Source: Chloroflexota bacterium
GTDB taxonomy: Bacteria; Chloroflexota; UBA11872; VXOZ01
Reading direction: 5' to 3'
NCBI GenBank assembly: GCA_963662335.2
Contig: CAXXVD010000001.1
Coordinates: 160,001 to 224,000 of the forward strand
DNA length: 64,000 nt
This document shows, one piece after another, positions 58,628 through 64,000 of this stretch. Every line of letters begins with the position of its first letter. Within the stretch, counting starts at the first letter, position 1. Both the position numbers and the translations under genes were made by a program. The notes under the pieces are model-generated. The model made no database searches. It was not told where the DNA came from and saw only the letters and a program-made list of their open reading frames with translations.

Positions 58628-60493
58628 TCATGAGGTGCGGATGAAACTCGTCTGCTTCAGCGCGCGGTTGAGCTGGCGCAATTGCTCACCGACTCTGCGG
58701 ATTTCCTGTCGGACCTGCGCGCCAAGCGGCTTGCTGTCGTCCGCCCGTTCGCTTGCCAAGAGGAGTTGCAGGTCTTCGTACTCCTCCTGCACGTTGCGGC
58801 GCTTCAACCGCAAGGCCGCGGCCACCACGGTTGGGCGCAGGTGTTCGTCATCGATAGCCGGTTCCTGGCTCTTCTCCCGGCGCAACCGCTCGAGAAGCGG
58901 CTCCACGCCCACTGCCTCCGACTCCTCTGCTGTCGCGGCGCCGTTTTCGTTCCCTGTCAGCACGTGCTCATACGCCGCTCTATGGAGCGGATGACGAAAG
59001 TCCACGGCGTCGATTACGTCAGCCGCGAACCCGCTCGCCCGCGGGTGCGTGATGAGCAGTCCCAGCAGATACCGTTCGAGCGCATCCGCCGGCTGCTCCT
59101 GTCCGTTCTGGGGCGCTTGCTCCTGGCCGGTTTGGCGCTGGGCCGCGGGCGCTTGCCGCGCCGGCCGCCGCGCGTGCAGGAGGTTCATCAGCACTTCGCT
59201 CTGGATGCCCAGGTCCAGCGCCTGCGCCAGCCGCTTCAGATAGTGCTGCCGCGTCACGGGATCGCCGACGTCGGTGATAAGCGGGCCCAATGCCTGGACG
59301 GCGGCGCGCTTGCCGCGGGCGCTGCTGAGGTCGTGCTCGCGGGCAGCGGCGCGGAACGCATAGTCTACGAAAGGCTCCGCGCGCTCGATGCGCCTCTGCC
59401 ACGCGCCGGAGTCCTCGCGCAGAAGGTCGTCCGGGTCTTTGCCCTCGGGCAGCACGGCGATGCGGATGTCCGCTTCCAGCGTACTCTCCAAGCGCATGAT
59501 GTCGCCCACGGACACCTGGGTTTCCACCCGGTCGAACGCCCGGCGGGCTACTTCCAGTCCCCGCAGGGTGGCGGCGTTGCCGGCGGCGTCGGGGTCGAGG
59601 GCCAACACCAGATTCGTTGTCAAACTCTTGACCGCCTTGACGTGCTTCTCCGTGAGCGCCGTGCCCATGCTGGCGACCACGTTGGCCTCGCCATGCTGGT
59701 GCGCCATGATTACGTCCGTGTAGCCCTCCACGATGACGCACTGCTTGCGCTCGCGAATTGGCTGCTGGGCAAGATCCAGGCCGTAGAGCAGTCCGCTCTT
59801 GTCGAAGAGCGGGGTCTGCGCCGTGTTGAGGTATTTCGGCTGAATCTCGGCGCTCAGCGTACGCGCGCCAAAGCCGCGATACCGGCCCCGCGCGTCACGA
59901 ATGGGAAACATGATGCGCCCGCGAAACCGTTCGTACGGCTCACGGTCGCCCTGTGTGAGCAAGCCGGCCGCCAGCAGGTCTTCCGGCGCGAAGCCCAATT
60001 GGACCAGATGCGCGCGGACCGGGCCATAGCGGTTTGGCGCATACCCCAGCATGAAGCGGTCGATGCTTGCTTGTTCGATGCCGCGTTCCGCCAGGTACTG
60101 CCGCGCCCGCGCCGCCTCAGCGGATTCGCCTAACAGACGGTGGTAGAACTGCGCCGCCTCTTGATTGATCTGGGCGAGCAAGCGATAGCGGCTCTGCTGG
60201 CGCTCTGCCTGCGGCGAGAGGACGATGCCGGCCTCCCGCGCCAGCGATTCCACCGCCTGCACGAACGGGGCCTGTTCCCGCTCCATGACGAAAGAGATCA
60301 CGTCGCCGCCGCGCCCGCAGCCAAAGCAGCGCCACGTGCCCCGCTCCGGAAAGACGAAGAACGAGGGCGTCTTCTCTTCGTGAAACGGGCACAGTCCCTT
60401 GAGGTAACGGCCGCTCTGCTGCAGCCGCACCGCCGCTTGCACCACGTCCACCACGGAGACGCGGGCCTTTACGTCCTCAACCGGCAAGGGCAT
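58628..60493 (-). CDS. dnaG: DNA primase
   Basis: Zn finger 'CPFHEEKTPSF...CFGC', 'RIMFPI', 'KYLN', 'VEGYTDV', 'DPDAAG', 'KDPDD'. Confidence 0.97.
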   Translation of the reverse strand: MPLPVEDVKARVSVVDVVQAAVRLQQSGRYLKGLCPFHEEKTPSFFVFPERGTWRCFGCGRGGDVISFVMEREQAPFVQAVESLAREAGIVLSPQAERQQSRYRLLAQINQEAAQFYHRLLGESAEAARARQYLAERGIEQASIDRFMLGYAPNRYGPVRAHLVQLGFAPEDLLAAGLLTQGDREPYERFRGRIMFPIRDARGRYRGFGARTLSAEIQPKYLNTAQTPLFDKSGLLYGLDLAQQPIRERKQCVIVEGYTDVIMAHQHGEANVVASMGTALTEKHVKAVKSLTTNLVLALDPDAAGNAATLRGLEVARRAFDRVETQVSVGDIMRLESTLEADIRIAVLPEGKDPDDLLREDSGAWQRRIERAEPFVDYAFRAAAREHDLSSARGKRAAVQALGPLITDVGDPVTRQHYLKRLAQALDLGIQSEVLMNLLHARRPARQAPAAQRQTGQEQAPQNGQEQPADALERYLLGLLITHPRASGFAADVIDAVDFRHPLHRAAYEHVLTGNENGAATAEESEAVGVEPLLERLRREKSQEPAIDDEHLRPTVVAAALRLKRRNVQEEYEDLQLLLASERADDSKPLGAQVRQEIRRVGEQLRQLNRALKQTSFIRTS

Positions 60494-60794
60494 TTGCTAG
60501 TTGCAATCTCCCCGCGCGCCGCAACCCAGTCGCGCTCACGCCCATGGCAGCAACACACTATGTCACCACTATCATACCACACACTGGGGAAGATTGCTAC
60601 GTGTCAAGATGGTAAGTACTGGATAATCGACCGCAATTCGGCGCCAGGCGCCGGCCGCCGCGCGAACCCTGGCGTTGCCGGGGCGGCATCTCCTGACTCT
60701 CGGCACGCTGGTCGCCAAGCTGTGATATGCTCACAGTGAACGCGGCTTGACCCGTCAATTGCGTTGGCACTGCGCGCGGATACGGAGAGAGACG

Positions 60795-61784
60795 ATGATT
60801 ACACTGGGCGTAATCGGCTGCGGCAATATGGCGCGGAACCACATGCGCAACGCGGTGGGCATGGACGGCCTCCGCCTGCACGGCTACGCGGATCTCTTCC
60901 CTGACTCTGCTAACGGGTTCCTTCATGAGTTTGGCGGCGCGTACGCCACCGCCGACCCGAGCAAAGTGCTGGCGGACGACGCCATCGACGCCGTGCTCAT
61001 TGCCACGCACCACGACACCCACGTATCGCTCGGCATAGCGGCGGCGGCGGCGGGCAAGCACATCCTCATGGAAAAGCCGCTCTCCATGACCGTGCCCCAG
61101 TGCGACGCCGTGGTAGAGGCGGTGGAAAAGGCCGGCGTGCGCCTGATGACGGGCTTCAAATTGCGTTTTGCGCCACTCATCCAGGAGACCAGGCGGCTCG
61201 TGCCGGAACCGTTTCTGTTGGTGGGACAGATGCTGTGCAACCGCTGGCCGGACACGAGTTGGGCGGCCGATCCGGTCACGGGCGGCGGCAATATCCTCTC
61301 CCAAGGATGTCATACGTTCGACTTGGTCTGCTACCTGGCCGGTTCCGAGCCGGTGGAGGTCTTTGCCGCCGGCGGCAACTACACCCACGAGAACAAGACC
61401 TACCCCGACAACATGGCTGGCACCATTCGCTTTGCCAGCGGGGCGGCCGCCAGCGTCATCCAGGGCGACGCGGCCGACAGCCAGGCGGTCTCTAAGTTCT
61501 TCTTCGAGGTCTTCGCAGACGGCACGAGCGTCCAACTCTACGACCGCCTCCACCGCGCTACGGTCTCCGGCGCGAACGTCGCCGACCCCGGCGAACGCCA
61601 TGCCCCTGAAGACGCCGACCCGGAAGGACTCCAGCAAGAACTCGCCGAATTCGTCCACGGCCTGAACACCGGCGCGCCCTGGCGCATCGGCGCCGACCAC
61701 CACGCAGGACACCGCGCAACGGCCCTGGCCCACGCCTTCTTTGCAGCCATCGAGACCGGGCAACCGCAGCAACTCTCGCCGTAG
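60795..61784 (+). CDS. Gfo/Idh/MocA family oxidoreductase
   Basis: 'GVIGCG', 'DAVLIAT', 'MEKPL', 'GFKLRFAP', 'GCHTFD'. Confidence 0.9.
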   Translation: MITLGVIGCGNMARNHMRNAVGMDGLRLHGYADLFPDSANGFLHEFGGAYATADPSKVLADDAIDAVLIATHHDTHVSLGIAAAAAGKHILMEKPLSMTVPQCDAVVEAVEKAGVRLMTGFKLRFAPLIQETRRLVPEPFLLVGQMLCNRWPDTSWAADPVTGGGNILSQGCHTFDLVCYLAGSEPVEVFAAGGNYTHENKTYPDNMAGTIRFASGAAASVIQGDAADSQAVSKFFFEVFADGTSVQLYDRLHRATVSGANVADPGERHAPEDADPEGLQQELAEFVHGLNTGAPWRIGADHHAGHRATALAHAFFAAIETGQPQQLSP

Positions 61785-61859
61785 GCGCATTGTGCGCGCC
61801 CTCGCGACGGTCGCATGGCGCCAATGGTATAGAGATGTCGGCCATGCTTGCGGTCGCGC

Positions 61860-62570
61860 TTACTCCGGGGGAAGTGCGCCCACCACTGCTTCCACTCTGG
61901 CAAGCACCGCCGCCGCTTCCTGCGCCAGCGTGAGACGGCCGCTATCAAGCACGATGGCGTCGGGAGGCTGGGTCAGTGGGGCCGCGGCGCGGCTGCTGTC
62001 AATGCGGTCGCGGGCCGCCAAGGTCTGTGCCACGGCTGCTTGCGAAAGGTCCGTTCCCCTGGCCGCGAGTTCCTGCCGGCGGCGCTGAGCGCGGGTTTCC
62101 AAGTCGGCGACAAGGAAGACCTTGACCTCGGCTTGCGGGCAGACTACGGTGCCGATGTCGCGTCCCGCCATTACCACGCCCTTTTGGCGGGCCAGGCGCT
62201 GCTGGGCGGGAAGCAGGGCGGCGCGGGCTTCCGGTTGCGCGGACACCTGGGAAACGTGGGCGTCGACGGCGGGAGCGCGGACTATCCACGTGACGTCTTC
62301 TGCGCCAAGCAGGAGGGTGAACTGCCGGCCGTCGGCGGCCGTGGGCGGCCGGAATCTGATTGCCAGCGTGCGCGCCAGCGCCGCCAGGGCCGGCCCATCC
62401 TCCACCGACACCGGCGCGCGCAAGGCGGCCAGGGTCAAAACGCGGTAGAACGCGCCGGTATCGACGAAGAGGTAGCCGAGCCGGTCGGCGAGCAGGCTGC
62501 CCAGCGCGCTCTTGCCGGAGCCGGCGGCGCCGTCGATGGCGATGGTGAGGCGCGGCTCAGGCGCGGTCAC
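61860..62570 (-). CDS. cmk: Cytidylate kinase
   Basis: 'IAIDGAAGSGKS', 'DTGAFYR', 'GRDIGTVVCP', 'RDRIDSSR...PL'. Confidence 0.95.
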   Translation of the reverse strand: MTAPEPRLTIAIDGAAGSGKSALGSLLADRLGYLFVDTGAFYRVLTLAALRAPVSVEDGPALAALARTLAIRFRPPTAADGRQFTLLLGAEDVTWIVRAPAVDAHVSQVSAQPEARAALLPAQQRLARQKGVVMAGRDIGTVVCPQAEVKVFLVADLETRAQRRRQELAARGTDLSQAAVAQTLAARDRIDSSRAAAPLTQPPDAIVLDSGRLTLAQEAAAVLARVEAVVGALPPE

Positions 62571-63564
62571 GGTTGGTCTCACAGTCGGGATTCCCGGTCG
62601 GCTGTCCCGGCTGAGTCCCGCGAATGTCTGTCCGCCCGAAGTCCGTCCTCACTAAGTCCGGCCGCGGGAAATCCGTTCGCTCGATTTCCGTCCGCTCGAA
62701 TCCCGTTCGTGCTGAGCCTGTCGAAGCGCGCTCCGTCGGTTGCGCGACCGTTCCGGAATGACAGCCCGCGCGGCCATCCGCCCGAGCGCCGCATTCCGTA
62801 GTCCGCGCCGACGGCGGGGACGCTTCGCCCTCGATGGTCGGCACATTAGTTGTCTCCCGCCAATGCGCAATCTCGGCTGCCGTAAGGGGGCGCTGCTTGC
62901 CCGGCGCAAGGTTGCCGAGGCGTGCCGGGCCGATCCGGACGCGGATCAGGCGCGCGGCGCGCTTGCCGATTGCCGCCAGCATGTGGCGAATCTGCCGCTT
63001 GCGTCCCTCAGTGAGGGTCATGGCGAGCCAGGTGTACCCGTTCTGCTCGCGGCCCACCACCGCAACCGTGACCGGATTGAGCCGGTAGCCGTCAATGCTC
63101 ATTGGCGCTTGCAGCGTCTTGCGCTGCTGGGCGGTGAGCGCGCCGCTCACCAGCACCGCGTACTCCTTTTCGCCGCCGTAGCGGGGATGCGCCACCCGCT
63201 GCGCCCACGCGCCGTCGTCGGTGAAGAAGAGCAGCCCTTCGCTTTGGGCGTCCAGGCGGCCCACCGGAACCAAATGCGCGCAGTCCGGGGGCAGGAGGTC
63301 GTACACGGTGGGGCGGCCATGCGGATCATGGCGGGTGGTGAGATAGCCGCCCGGCTTGTGCAGGGCCAGGTAGGTGCGGCCCGGTCGGGGCGCAATTGCT
63401 TTGCCGTCCAGGGCTACCCGGTCGCGCGCCGGGTCAACTTTCGTACCCAGCACGGTGACCGTCTCCCCATTCACGGCTACGCGGCCTTGAACGATCAAGT
63501 CTTCCGCCCGGCGGCGGGAGGCCGCGCCGCAACGAGCCAGGTACTTTTGCAGTCGCTCTTGCAT
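62557..63564 (-). CDS. RluB/RsuA-family pseudouridine synthase with repeat-derived C-terminal extension
   Basis: 'ERLQKYLA', 'SRRRAE', 'HKPGG', 'GRLD', 'EGRKRQIR', 'LIRVRIG'. Confidence 0.92.
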   Translation of the reverse strand: MQERLQKYLARCGAASRRRAEDLIVQGRVAVNGETVTVLGTKVDPARDRVALDGKAIAPRPGRTYLALHKPGGYLTTRHDPHGRPTVYDLLPPDCAHLVPVGRLDAQSEGLLFFTDDGAWAQRVAHPRYGGEKEYAVLVSGALTAQQRKTLQAPMSIDGYRLNPVTVAVVGREQNGYTWLAMTLTEGRKRQIRHMLAAIGKRAARLIRVRIGPARLGNLAPGKQRPLTAAEIAHWRETTNVPTIEGEASPPSARTTECGARADGRAGCHSGTVAQPTERASTGSARTGFERTEIERTDFPRPDLVRTDFGRTDIRGTQPGQPTGNPDCETNRDRA

Positions 63565-63605
63565 GGGACTAAGTATACCGCGTAGTTCGTGAGGCGCTCT
63601 CCGCG

Positions 63606-63635
63606 TTGACAGCGCACACAGCCGCGTGCTACGTT
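63606..63635 (+). promoter_or_regulatory. Sigma70-like promoter
   Basis: TTGACA-N18-TACGTT with TG extension, upstream of the ORF at 63692. Confidence 0.4.
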
Positions 63636-63691
63636 CTGCCAGTCAGCTTTGCACGAGAATGCACGCTACGCAACCGTTAGAGAGGACTCTG

Positions 63692-64000
63692 ATGAAGGTA
63701 CACCTTGGGTGCTTCAGCCGGCCGTGGACCAAGTATGCGTTGGAAGTCTCCATGGAGGGCACGGCGCAGGCGGGCTTCCAGTACTTTGGCTTCATGACGG
63801 CGGGGGACGGTTTGCCGTTGCCGCCCAACGCATCGCAAGAACAGGTGAATAACCTCGCTGGATTGCTTGAGAAGTACAATCTCAAGAACCTGGAGAACTA
63901 CACGAGCATCCCCTGGGGCGATGAAGCCGTGGCGCGCGCGGCGTTGCACAGCTACGTGGACAACAGCCACACGCTGGGCGCAACCTTCATGCACAACAGC
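63692..64000 (+). CDS. Partial ORF, probable sugar-phosphate isomerase/epimerase (TIM-barrel) family
   Basis: AGAGGA RBS; MKVHLGCFSRPWTKYALEVSMEGTAQAGFQYFG... open to the window end; not in the ORF track because there is no stop. Confidence 0.55.
   Translation, partial: MKVHLGCFSRPWTKYALEVSMEGTAQAGFQYFGFMTAGDGLPLPPNASQEQVNNLAGLLEKYNLKNLENYTSIPWGDEAVARAALHSYVDNSHTLGATFMHNS

Overview
GC-rich bacterial chromosomal segment. Gene content and style (Ctc-type L25, short Gram-positive-like RpoD, several Tat lipoprotein solute-binding proteins, expanded catabolic paralogs) suggest Chloroflexota, but this is inference only. Housekeeping genes (purE/purK, rplY, mnmG, thiE, ftsZ, purH N-terminal half, citrate synthase, class A PBP, rpoD, dnaG, cmk, RluB-type synthase) are mixed with many catabolic enzymes (enolase superfamily, three tandem Ldh_2 dehydrogenases, AKR, Gfo/Idh/MocA, M20/M14 deacylases, amidohydrolases). 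Small accessory islets are interspersed. The strongest novel-system candidate is an AT-richer two-gene operon at 55799-56704: a ThsB-like TIR protein plus a small 3-TM membrane protein with no visible ligand-sensor domain (Thoeris-like defence candidate). Other notable items: a parA-ftsZ operon whose FtsZ has a basic N-terminal extension; a TatB fused to a 4-Cys V4R/SufR-like domain; duplicated promoter-like motifs before a structured non-coding stretch; two toxin-antitoxin pairs with truncated toxins; and several families of nested REP/MITE-like palindromes, two copies of which are read in frame inside genes. Four genes carry frameshifts that are probably read errors. No rRNA, tRNA or CRISPR array was seen. 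All family assignments come from motif recognition by eye, with no database searches.
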